NCBI GenBank assembly: GCA_040902005.1
Contig: JBBDYA010000045.1
Coordinates: 90,757-154,756, forward strand
Direction of reading: 5' to 3'
Source: Gemmatimonadaceae bacterium
GTDB taxonomy: Bacteria > Gemmatimonadota > Gemmatimonadetes > Gemmatimonadales > Gemmatimonadaceae
Length of the DNA stretch: 64,000 nucleotides
The notes under the pieces are model-generated. The model was not told the origin of the DNA and searched no databases. It saw only the letters and a list, made by a program, of their open reading frames with translations. The first letter of the stretch is position 1; each line of letters begins with the position of its first letter. A program made the position numbers and the translations under genes. Shown piece by piece: positions 51,684-59,996 of this stretch.

Positions 51684-52358
51684 ATGCCGTACGGCTACGT
51701 GGGAACGTGTCTCGGAACCGTGGCAGCGTCATCGGGCGCCGTCGCGGAACTCTGGTACGCGCGCGTGGGTGAGCATGAAGCCCAGCTCGATCTGTACAGC
51801 CGCGACTATCTCTCCGAGGACGAGCAGCGGCGGCAGCGGAGGTATCGGGGACGTGGGGCTGCCGAGCGCTACGTAGTGACGCGCTCGCTCGTGCGGGGCG
51901 TATTGTCGGAGCGGCTCGGCGTGCCACCCCGCGAAGTGCCGGTCAATCGCACGGACACGGGCAAGCCGGTCATCAGCGGCGGCGTGCACTTCAACGTGAG
52001 CCACTCCGGAGACCTGATTCTGCTCGCCCTGAGCGTCGAGCGCGCGATCGGTGTCGACGTGGAGCGGCGACGCGACATCGCCCGCGTGGAGGCGCTGGTC
52101 CGGCGGTGGCTGTCGGAGACGGAGCGCACCGCGGTAGTACGGCTCGGCGCGATGGGCGCGTCACCCTCCGACGCCTTCCTCCGCGTCTGGAGCCTGAAGG
52201 AGGCGCGGCTGAAGGCGTTGGGGGTCGGCATCGCCGGACAGTCAGGGGCCGACGAGCTGCTCGCCGGCGTCGAAGTGAGTCCGCTGGACGACCTGCTGGC
52301 GTCGATCGCGACGGACGGTGACGATCAGGGCTATGTGGGCGCTGTAGCGTTCGCGTGA
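51684..52358 (+). CDS. Sfp-type 4'-phosphopantetheinyl transferase (start uncertain)
   Basis: GKP, FNVSHSG, IGVDVE, WSLKEARLKALG. Confidence 0.88.
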   Translation: MPYGYVGTCLGTVAASSGAVAELWYARVGEHEAQLDLYSRDYLSEDEQRRQRRYRGRGAAERYVVTRSLVRGVLSERLGVPPREVPVNRTDTGKPVISGGVHFNVSHSGDLILLALSVERAIGVDVERRRDIARVEALVRRWLSETERTAVVRLGAMGASPSDAFLRVWSLKEARLKALGVGIAGQSGADELLAGVEVSPLDDLLASIATDGDDQGYVGAVAFA

Positions 52359-53176
52359 GCGCGGCGGGTGAGGCGCATGCCGATCACGGCGACCGCCCCC
52401 CCCGCGAGCGCTCCAGCGATCACGTCTACCGCGTAGTGAAAGCCGCCATAGATCGCGCCGGCGGCCAGGGCCGTCGTGAGTCCCGCCAGCCACCAGCCGC
52501 GCGCCCCGAAGTAGCGCACCGCGAGAATGGATTGCGTCACCGCGACCGCCACGTGCGACGAGGGAAAGGCCGTGCCCTTGGAGGAGCGCGCTTCGAGCAG
52601 CCAGAGCGTGAACGCCCGCAGCGGTCCTGGCGCCATCCCGTGCGATTCGGACCACACGTACCGCGGCCCGGCGACGGGGAGGAGCAGGTAGCAGGCAAAA
52701 CACGTCACGAATGCGAGCATCAGCACGAACACGGCGTCGTGGAACTCCGCGATGCGACGCCGGAGCCACAGCAGCACGGGGACTGAAAAAACGATGGCGT
52801 AGTAACTCAGGTAGGCGCCATGCAGCATTTCGCTGACCGGCCTCCAGGGCATCTGGATCGCCCACGCCCGCGCCGGCTGGCCGCCGAACAGCGCCTGCTC
52901 CCATGCCATGACGCGCGCGTCGAAGAACCCGTCGTGCCCTACGGCCCGGATGAGCATGGGCATCTCGGAATACAGCAGCAGCAGCGCGAGCATCGGCGAC
53001 CACTGTCGAAGCCACGTGGGAGCCCGTTGCCACCACGTGGCCGCGACGATCGCGGCCAGCAGCGCGAAGTGAACGAGTATGCCGACGCCAGAGACGCGAT
53101 CGCGTCCGGCCAGGAGGAGGGTGCCGGTGACGGCGAGATAGCACACCAGGAGCGCGCCAGCCCATATTGCCCGCAT
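52331..53176 (-). CDS. PAP2-family membrane protein, Aur1/inositol phosphorylceramide synthase-like
   Basis: Multiple TMs, PVAGPRY, AFPSSHV, GFHYAVD; ATG at 53176. Confidence 0.8.
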   Translation of the reverse strand: MRAIWAGALLVCYLAVTGTLLLAGRDRVSGVGILVHFALLAAIVAATWWQRAPTWLRQWSPMLALLLLYSEMPMLIRAVGHDGFFDARVMAWEQALFGGQPARAWAIQMPWRPVSEMLHGAYLSYYAIVFSVPVLLWLRRRIAEFHDAVFVLMLAFVTCFACYLLLPVAGPRYVWSESHGMAPGPLRAFTLWLLEARSSKGTAFPSSHVAVAVTQSILAVRYFGARGWWLAGLTTALAAGAIYGGFHYAVDVIAGALAGGAVAVIGMRLTRRAHANATAPT

Positions 53177-54323
53177 GTCGCTTGAGATCGTCCCCGTGGA
53201 GCGTGGCCGTGACCGCTCCGCTTTCATAGATGTGGCGTGGCACATACCGGAAGCCACGCGGCATCCCCGGTGGGTGCCGCCGCTGCGAATGATGGTGCGT
53301 GACCTGCTCGACACCAAGGGGAATCCCTTCTACCGAAACGCCGATCGGGCGCTGTTCATCGCGCGCCGCGACGGCCGCCCGGTGGGGCGCATCGCCGCCA
53401 TCGAGAACCGCGCCCACAACCGAGCCCACTCCGACCGGACCGGGTTCTTCGGCTTCTTCGAGTGCGTCGATGATGCTGCGGCCGCGAGCGCCCTGTTCGA
53501 CGCCGCGGAGCGATGGTTGGCGGCACGGGGGCTGACGGCGATGCGGGGCCCCATGAGTCCGTCGACGAACCACGAGTGCGGCCTGCTGGTCGAGGGTGTC
53601 GACGAGCACCCGATGTTTCTCACACCGTGGAATCCTGCGTATTACGAAAGGCTCATCCTGGGGGCCGGTTTCACCACCATCCGTGATTTACTCGGCTACT
53701 GGCTACCGTATGGCGAGCCGGGCTTCCAGCTTGCGCCGAGAATCGAAGCAATGGCCTTACGGGCAAAGGCCAGGGCGAACCTCGCATTTCGCGACATGGA
53801 GGCCGCCCGATTCTGGCAGGATGTGGAGCTGGTCTGGGAGATCTACAATTCCGCATGGGAGCGGAACTGGGGGTTTGTGCCCATGACGCGCGACGAATTC
53901 CTGCACATGGCCAGGTCGCTCAAGCCACTTCTGGTACCCCGGTTTGCCTTTCTCGCGGAAGTGGACGGCGTTCCCGCCGGGTTCATGCTCTCGGCTCCCG
54001 ATTTCAATCGCGCCATCAGACGCATCGGGAACGGGCGGCTGTTGCCGTTCGGGTTCGTTCGGCTGTTGCGCGAACGATCGCGCGCGCGCACGGGACGCGT
54101 TATCGCGTTCGGCATCCGGGAACAGTTCCGCAACCAGAGTGTGCTGCCGGTATTCATGCATGAGGCGGCGAGACGCGCCATCGCCTACGGGTCTCCCGGC
54201 TCGGAGGCGTCCTGGATCCTGGAGGACAACGTGGGCATGCGGCAGGGCATCGAGGCGTTCGGCGGTCGCGTGTATCGTCGCTGGCGGATCTTCGAGCGCC
54301 AGATCGCGCCCCGCCCCGCGTGA
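53175..54323 (+). CDS. GNAT-fold acyltransferase, bacterial ceramide synthase (bCerS/YghO)-like
   Basis: WVPPL, GRIAA, GFFGFFEC, RGPMSPSTNHECGLLVEG, WNPAYY, YNSAWERNWGFVP, SWILEDN. Confidence 0.75.
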   Translation: MSLEIVPVERGRDRSAFIDVAWHIPEATRHPRWVPPLRMMVRDLLDTKGNPFYRNADRALFIARRDGRPVGRIAAIENRAHNRAHSDRTGFFGFFECVDDAAAASALFDAAERWLAARGLTAMRGPMSPSTNHECGLLVEGVDEHPMFLTPWNPAYYERLILGAGFTTIRDLLGYWLPYGEPGFQLAPRIEAMALRAKARANLAFRDMEAARFWQDVELVWEIYNSAWERNWGFVPMTRDEFLHMARSLKPLLVPRFAFLAEVDGVPAGFMLSAPDFNRAIRRIGNGRLLPFGFVRLLRERSRARTGRVIAFGIREQFRNQSVLPVFMHEAARRAIAYGSPGSEASWILEDNVGMRQGIEAFGGRVYRRWRIFERQIAPRPA

Positions 54324-54324
54324 C

Positions 54325-55446
54325 GTGAGCGCGCGACGCATCGCGATCGTCAGCGACTGGTTCGCGCCCCGACGCGGCGGAATCGAAGCGCAGCTGGCGC
54401 AGCTCGCGCAGCGCCTGGGCGCGCGCGGACATGCGGTGGACGTGTTCACCTCCACGCCTGGCGCGCGCGAGGGCGAGGGGTACCGGGTTCGGCCGGCCGA
54501 TGTCTGGACGCTGCCGGCGCTGCATCTCGCGGCGTCGCCGCGGCTCGTGCAGCGCCTGCGCCGCCAGCTGGACCAGGGGTACGACGTCGTGCACGCGCAC
54601 GTGAGCGTGGTGTCGCCACTGGGATACGCTGGGGCGATTGCTGCGCGGTCGCTCGGACTCCCAACGGTCCTGACCTTTCACTCGGTGCTGCACGCCAAGG
54701 CCCACGTGTTGCGGGCCGCGAGCGCCGTGCTCGATCTCCCGGCGAGCGCCATCGTGTGGACGGCTGTCAGCCGGCTCGTCGCGTTACAGGCGAAAAAGGC
54801 GATGGGCGTGCCCGTGCTCGAGTTGCCGAACGGCATCGAGCTGGCCGAGTGGCGCACCCTCCCCGGCGCGAGGACGCTGGAGACGCCGGTCACGATCGTG
54901 TCCGCGATGCGACTTCACCGAAAGAAGAGACCGAGGCAGCTGGTGGCGGCGTTCGCCCGCGCGGCCAAGCATGCGCGGCGACCGGCTCGTCTGCTCATCG
55001 TCGGCGATGGACCGGAACGCTCCGCGCTCGACCACGACATTCGCGCGCTCGGACTGAACGATGGTCCATCCCGCGTTGAGCTCCACGGCTGGGTGAACCC
55101 GAACGGATTGCGGGCCATGTACGGGGGAGCCCACGCGTTCGCGCTGGCGTCCCGGAACGAATCGTTCGGGATCGCGGCCCTCGAGGCGCGGGCCGCGGGC
55201 CTGCCAGTCATCGCGATGCGCCAGTCCGGGAGCAGCGAGTTTCTCGAGGACGGAACGGACGCGCTGCTGTGCGATGACGACGCGGACCTGTCACGCGCCC
55301 TGACCGAGGTGATTCGGGATGGCGCGCTCCGCGGGTGCCTGGGGCAACGGATTCCCGGCCTCGAGCGGTACGACTGGAGCGCCGTCCTGAACGGCCACGA
55401 GGCCGCCTACCAGCTGGCTACGACGCGCGCAACCGCCGTGGCATGA
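54325..55446 (+). CDS. GT4 glycosyltransferase (PIG-A/PimA-like)
   Basis: DWFAPRRGGIE, VVHAH, TFHS, PNGI, ESFGIAALEARAAGLPV (EX7E); GTG 54325. Confidence 0.85.
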   Translation: MSARRIAIVSDWFAPRRGGIEAQLAQLAQRLGARGHAVDVFTSTPGAREGEGYRVRPADVWTLPALHLAASPRLVQRLRRQLDQGYDVVHAHVSVVSPLGYAGAIAARSLGLPTVLTFHSVLHAKAHVLRAASAVLDLPASAIVWTAVSRLVALQAKKAMGVPVLELPNGIELAEWRTLPGARTLETPVTIVSAMRLHRKKRPRQLVAAFARAAKHARRPARLLIVGDGPERSALDHDIRALGLNDGPSRVELHGWVNPNGLRAMYGGAHAFALASRNESFGIAALEARAAGLPVIAMRQSGSSEFLEDGTDALLCDDDADLSRALTEVIRDGALRGCLGQRIPGLERYDWSAVLNGHEAAYQLATTRATAVA

Positions 55447-56401
55447 GTTGGCGAAGCGTGAGCAGCGCGTAGCCGGTGCCGATGGAGGGCAGCAGGAAGC
55501 AGAGATGCTGGACGACCGCCAGCCCCAGCGCGGTTTCCGCAGGTGTGCCCACGAAGCGGTACACCGCGAACACGGTCGCCTCGTAGATCCCGAGGTTGGC
55601 GGGCGCGATCGGGACCAGCGTCGACAGGGCGAGCGCGGCGACGATCAGGACGGCGGTGGAGAGCGAGGGTTCAACTCCGAACGCTGCCTGCACGGCCAGC
55701 ACGGCTGCCACCTCTGCGGCCTTCTTGAGGAGCGTCAGGACGGCGACCTGCCAAAGGCGGCGCGGCTCGCGCAGCGCATCCAGGTGCTGTCCCCACGCCG
55801 CGAGCGCGCCGAGGAGGCGGCGAGTGGTCGTGGGCATCGCGAGCAATCGCTCCCGGATCGCACTCCAATGGTGTGCGAGCGGAACGAGAAGGGCGAGCGA
55901 CGCGACCAGCACCAGCAGCAGGAGCACGAAACCCTTGCGCAGCCAGATCGGGATGGGCGCGATGGCGACCGCGAGCGAAAGCACCGACAGCTTCGCGAAT
56001 GCCACGAGCAGCTGATCCATCGCAAGCACCGAGAGCGCCGCGCCGCGCGAGAGCCCGGCCCGTGCAATCAGCAGCGCTACCGCGGACGCCTCCCCCGCGA
56101 GAAAAGGCACCGAGTTCAACACGCTCGCGGTCACGGCGACTACCTCGAACATCCGCGCGTACAGTATGCGCGCGGTTCCTGGCACCAGGATCCGCCATTC
56201 GAGCGCCCAGAGTGGCAGGATGGCGAAGTTGACCGCCAGGGCAAGGACGAGCCACATGGGCTTCACTCGTTGCAGCTCGGCTACGGCGCGATCCAGCGGC
56301 AGCGTTCGCAGCACCTGGACGAGTGCGAGTGTCAACGCGAGCCACAGAATCGGGAGCAGCCACGCCGTGACGGTCGACCGGCGGACGGCGGCGATCGTCA
56401 T
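55418..56401 (-). CDS. Lysylphosphatidylglycerol synthase TM-region (flippase-like) membrane protein
   Basis: Multiple TMs, NSVPFLAGE, PIAPANLGIYEA; ATG 56401 overlaps the deacetylase stop. Confidence 0.75.
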   Translation of the reverse strand: MTIAAVRRSTVTAWLLPILWLALTLALVQVLRTLPLDRAVAELQRVKPMWLVLALAVNFAILPLWALEWRILVPGTARILYARMFEVVAVTASVLNSVPFLAGEASAVALLIARAGLSRGAALSVLAMDQLLVAFAKLSVLSLAVAIAPIPIWLRKGFVLLLLVLVASLALLVPLAHHWSAIRERLLAMPTTTRRLLGALAAWGQHLDALREPRRLWQVAVLTLLKKAAEVAAVLAVQAAFGVEPSLSTAVLIVAALALSTLVPIAPANLGIYEATVFAVYRFVGTPAETALGLAVVQHLCFLLPSIGTGYALLTLRQLMPRRLRAS

Positions 56402-57138
56402 GCGGCCGCCAGTTGGGCACCGAGGCGGTCCATGCGAACAAACGTCGCGCCGCGGCGCTGAAAGAGATCGATGACTTCGCGCACGGCGCGCAGTGCCGGC
56501 TCGCCCGTGCGGAATCGACAGTCGAGACGCAGTCGCTCCCGCGTCAGGTCCACGAACTCCCATGGGTGCACGAACAGCACGACCGGCGAAGCGAGCGACA
56601 GCAGCCAGCGGTCGCGCAGCCAGCGCGGAAGGCGCAGCACAGAGGACGTCATCGATGCGGGGATGCGCGTCAGCGGGGTGCGCGCGGGCGGGCCGTAGTA
56701 CTCCGCCTTGTACCTGGCCTGTGACGAGTCGACGAGATATCCCTCCTCCACCAGCAGTGGCAGACAGGCGGTCGGCAAGCGCAGGTTGGGCGCGCGGAAG
56801 GACGTCACCGGCGCTCCGAACGCCCTCAACGCCGCCGTTGCCGCGCGCAGGTCCAGTTGTGCGTCCGCGGGAGGCATCCGGTCGAAGCGCTGATGCGTGT
56901 GTCCATGACATCCCAGCTCGTGCCCGCGAGCGATCACGTCACGGATACGCGCGGGAAAGCGCTCCGCCACCTGACCGGTGCAGAAACAAGTCGCGACGAC
57001 GCCCGCCTCATCGATCGCATCCAGCACCCTCGGCAAACCCTCCTCGATCCCGCGATATTGCGTCGCGAGATACGGCGGACAGTCGGGCTCCACGTCCACG
57101 CCGAGCGAAACGGCCAGCTTTCCGGGGAATGTGTTCAT
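56398..57138 (-). CDS. Polysaccharide deacetylase (CE4/NodB family)
   Basis: VDVE, HELGCHGHTH, FRAP, VDSS, FVHPWEF. Confidence 0.85.
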   Translation of the reverse strand: MNTFPGKLAVSLGVDVEPDCPPYLATQYRGIEEGLPRVLDAIDEAGVVATCFCTGQVAERFPARIRDVIARGHELGCHGHTHQRFDRMPPADAQLDLRAATAALRAFGAPVTSFRAPNLRLPTACLPLLVEEGYLVDSSQARYKAEYYGPPARTPLTRIPASMTSSVLRLPRWLRDRWLLSLASPVVLFVHPWEFVDLTRERLRLDCRFRTGEPALRAVREVIDLFQRRGATFVRMDRLGAQLAAA

Positions 57139-58763
57139 TGGCGCGTGCACTGAATCAAATTAGGCCGTTGGTGGCCGGGATGCTGATCGCCTTCGCGGAT
57201 GAGGCGCGCGCGCAGCCCGCCGCGACGGTGCCTGCGTCGAGCGCGATCTATCACTGGCTGGAATCCGTGACTGCCTGGTACCCGTCGCGTGATGTTCCCC
57301 TTGGCGTGCGACCGCTGTCGCGGACTCAGGTGGTGCGCATCGTGGCGCGGTTGCGCCGGGAGGTAGAGGCCGACAACGCGGGGAATCCTGGCCGGCGCGC
57401 CTTGGCGCTGCGGCAGCTTGCGGCGATCGATTCCGCGCTGGACGCCGAACCGGATGGCGCAGCCATCACGGGCCGCCTCTCGCTCGCCATGGAATTCTTC
57501 GGATCGAACGCGCGGCTCGACACCATCAAGTCCAACGGACTGGGGAGCATCGACGCCGTGTCGCACCCGTTCGGAGACCTGCGGCAGGGCTGGCCGAGTG
57601 AGCGTGGCGCCATTGTCAGCGTCGCTCCCACAGCCGCGCTCGGCCTGGGCCATCGGCTGGCGATCGTCGTTCAGCCGCGCGCATCGGTCTTTTCGCCGCC
57701 CGCTTCCAATGCCAGCGCTGAACTCGTGACGCAACGCGCCTATGTGCGGGGCGTCGTGCGGAACGTCGCGCTCAGGGCCGGTGCCGACGAGGTACTCTGG
57801 GGACAATCGTCGCGCGGAGCCCTCTTCATCGCCGGCAACGCCATGCCGCTCATGGCCATCACGGTCGGAACGGACGCGCCAGTGGTCCTGCCATGGCTGT
57901 TTCGCCTGGCGGGCCCGGTCAGCATCACAGGGATGGTCGCCGACCTCGGACGCGCCCAGGATCCGCCGCACACCAAGCTGGCCGGTTGGCACGTTGCCAT
58001 GCAGCCCTGGGCGCGATTCGAGCTCGGTGTGTCCGTGCTTGCGCAACAGGGTGGTCGGGGTGGGCCCGAGGCCAGCCTGGTCGATCGCGTGCTCGATCTG
58101 TTCCCACTGATCGACGCGCTCGACCCGCGACGCGGGGATTACCAGTTCTCCAACAAGCTGGCTGGCGGCAATCTCCGGCTTCGCTTTCCCGAGCTCTCCG
58201 GCCTGGACCTCCACTACGAACTGCTCATGGACGATTTCGACCTCCGTCGCTTCGAGAGCACGGTCGTGGATGATTTCAGTCACCTCGTGGGACTTCGGCT
58301 GCCGCTGCTCGTAGGGAGTGGACAGCTCGTGCTCCATGGCGAAGTGCACAACATGGGGCTGCGCCTCTACGAACATGCCCAGTTCCGCTCGGGCGTCACG
58401 TTCCGTGACCGGCTGATCGGGAGCCCCCTCGGACCCAACGCGAAAGGGGCCTATCTCTCCGTGAGGTGGCAGCCCTCTCCGCGAACGGAGTGGGAGGTGA
58501 CGCTCGCGGACGAGTCGCGTGATCCGAGCCTGTATACAGCCACCGCGTCCGGTGCGTTCGACGAGGGATTTGTGTTCATCCGGCAGACCGACGATCCGCG
58601 CCATCGCCGCCGGCGCGTCACGTCCGCGCTGTCCCGCAACGTGCCTGGCGGAGCCGTGCGAATGGCCGGCGGATACAACCACGCCTGGCGGAGCGGTGAG
58701 CCTCCACGGGGAGCGTGGCTGGGGCAGGTGTCCTTCACGACGCGGGGACCGCCGAGCTTCTGA
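57138..58763 (+). CDS. Capsule assembly Wzi-family outer membrane protein (start uncertain: 57129, 57138 or 57180)
   Basis: Signal-like N-terminus, RPLSR, WGQSSRGALFIAGNAMP, SNKLAG, YEH...IGSPLGPNA. Confidence 0.65.
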   Translation: MARALNQIRPLVAGMLIAFADEARAQPAATVPASSAIYHWLESVTAWYPSRDVPLGVRPLSRTQVVRIVARLRREVEADNAGNPGRRALALRQLAAIDSALDAEPDGAAITGRLSLAMEFFGSNARLDTIKSNGLGSIDAVSHPFGDLRQGWPSERGAIVSVAPTAALGLGHRLAIVVQPRASVFSPPASNASAELVTQRAYVRGVVRNVALRAGADEVLWGQSSRGALFIAGNAMPLMAITVGTDAPVVLPWLFRLAGPVSITGMVADLGRAQDPPHTKLAGWHVAMQPWARFELGVSVLAQQGGRGGPEASLVDRVLDLFPLIDALDPRRGDYQFSNKLAGGNLRLRFPELSGLDLHYELLMDDFDLRRFESTVVDDFSHLVGLRLPLLVGSGQLVLHGEVHNMGLRLYEHAQFRSGVTFRDRLIGSPLGPNAKGAYLSVRWQPSPRTEWEVTLADESRDPSLYTATASGAFDEGFVFIRQTDDPRHRRRRVTSALSRNVPGGAVRMAGGYNHAWRSGEPPRGAWLGQVSFTTRGPPSF

Positions 58764-58766
58764 CAA

Positions 58767-58840
58767 TGGTCCCGGTGGGACTCGAACCCACGACCCGACG
58801 ATTATGAGTCGCCTGCTCTAACCGGCTGAGCTACGGGACC
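58767..58840 (-). tRNA. tRNA with CAT anticodon, most likely tRNA-Ile2 (lysidine); CCA not encoded
   Basis: Reverse complement GGTCCCGTAGCTCAGCCGGTTAGAGCAGGCGACT-CAT-AATCGTCGGGTCGTGGGTTCGAGTCCCACCGGGACCA; anticodon arm resembles known Ile2 tRNAs. Confidence 0.9.
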
Positions 58841-58852
58841 GCGACCTTCAAT

Positions 58853-59896
58853 CTATGCTTTGCGACCGCGCGTCGCGCCGCGCTTTCCAGACGACGCAGG
58901 AACGGCCGGCGTTGCGAAATGGTCGTACGCGTCGAGCACCTCGGCTGGCGAGACGGTCGCTGCCCCCAGCTTTCCGACCTCGACCCCCGCCGCGTAGTTG
59001 GCGATGACCGCCGCCTCCTCGGCGGTGCCGCCGGCGCCGAGCACCGTCGCCAGGTAGGCGGTGACCGTATCACCGGCACCGACGACGTCGTAGACCTCCC
59101 GAGCCACCGTGGAGACCGATTTCAACCCGCCCCCGCGTGAGGCGAGCACCATTCCGCGTTCCCCGAGCGTCAGGAGCAGGTGCGCCACGCCGAGACGCTC
59201 CATCGCGGCGGGAATCGCTTCGGGGTGCTCGAGATCGACGGCCGCACCGAGCGCCGATTCCAGTTCCCGGCGGTTCGGCTTGAACACCGTGGCGCCCCGG
59301 TAGGTGAAGAAATGGCGGTACTTCGGGTCGACGATGACGGGAATCTTCCGGGCGCGCGCCACCTCGATGGCGTTCGTGATCACTGAGGGAACGAGCACAC
59401 CCTTGTTGTAATCCTCGAGAATCAGGGCTTGCGCGTCGGTCAGTGCACTGGCGATCGCCTCGCTGATTCGTGCGGCGTCCGAGGCCCCGAGATCGGCATC
59501 CTCTTCATCGTCGATGCGCACGAGCTGCTGGGACCGCGCCAGCACGCGTGTCTTCCGGGTCGTTGGCCGCGGGACAGTGAGAAGCCCCTCCGCGGACACG
59601 CCGCTCGCCAGCAGCATCTCCCGGATCTGCTGCCCGGAGGCATCGCTTCCGACCGCGCAGACCATCCGGCATCGGGCGCCAGCGGCGACAACGTTCTGCG
59701 CGACGTTCGCGGCGCCGCCCAGCGCGAAGCGTCGCTCCCGTACCCGCACGACTGGCACCGGGGCCTCGGGCGAAATGCGCTCGACATCGCCCACGAGATA
59801 TTCGTCGAGCATGGCGTCGCCCACCGCCACGACGCAAACATCCAGGGCCAGGCCCAACAGCTCCTCCAGGCGAGCTCGACTGATAGATAAGGGCAT
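58853..59896 (-). CDS. rfaE1: D-glycero-beta-D-manno-heptose-7-phosphate kinase (RfaE1, HldE kinase domain only)
   Basis: GDAMLDEY, RISPEAPVPV, GGAANVA, DYNKG, VDPK, DVVGAGDTV. Confidence 0.9.
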   Translation of the reverse strand: MPLSISRARLEELLGLALDVCVVAVGDAMLDEYLVGDVERISPEAPVPVVRVRERRFALGGAANVAQNVVAAGARCRMVCAVGSDASGQQIREMLLASGVSAEGLLTVPRPTTRKTRVLARSQQLVRIDDEEDADLGASDAARISEAIASALTDAQALILEDYNKGVLVPSVITNAIEVARARKIPVIVDPKYRHFFTYRGATVFKPNRRELESALGAAVDLEHPEAIPAAMERLGVAHLLLTLGERGMVLASRGGGLKSVSTVAREVYDVVGAGDTVTAYLATVLGAGGTAEEAAVIANYAAGVEVGKLGAATVSPAEVLDAYDHFATPAVPASSGKRGATRGRKA

Positions 59897-59996
59897 GGGG
59901 CAAGATAAGCCCCCGGCACACGCCTTGCCTCCACCGGACTCGGCAAGGTGCGCACGCAAATGCGCGTATCTCGTCACGTCACCTCGCTCAACTCCC

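Noticed and set aside
47333..58840. Lipid cluster as a genomic island integrated at the 3' end of the CAT tRNA
   Set aside because: The tRNA 3' end faces the cluster only 3 nt from the wzi-like stop, but I saw no integrase, no duplicated tRNA 3' end and no obvious composition shift, and the left edge overlaps the hflX stop (ATGA).
58767..58840. tRNA-Met call for the CAT anticodon
   Set aside because: It lacks the initiator features (C1:A72 mismatch, three G-C pairs in the anticodon stem), and its GGCGACTCATAATCG arm resembles Ile2. Elongator Met is not fully excluded.
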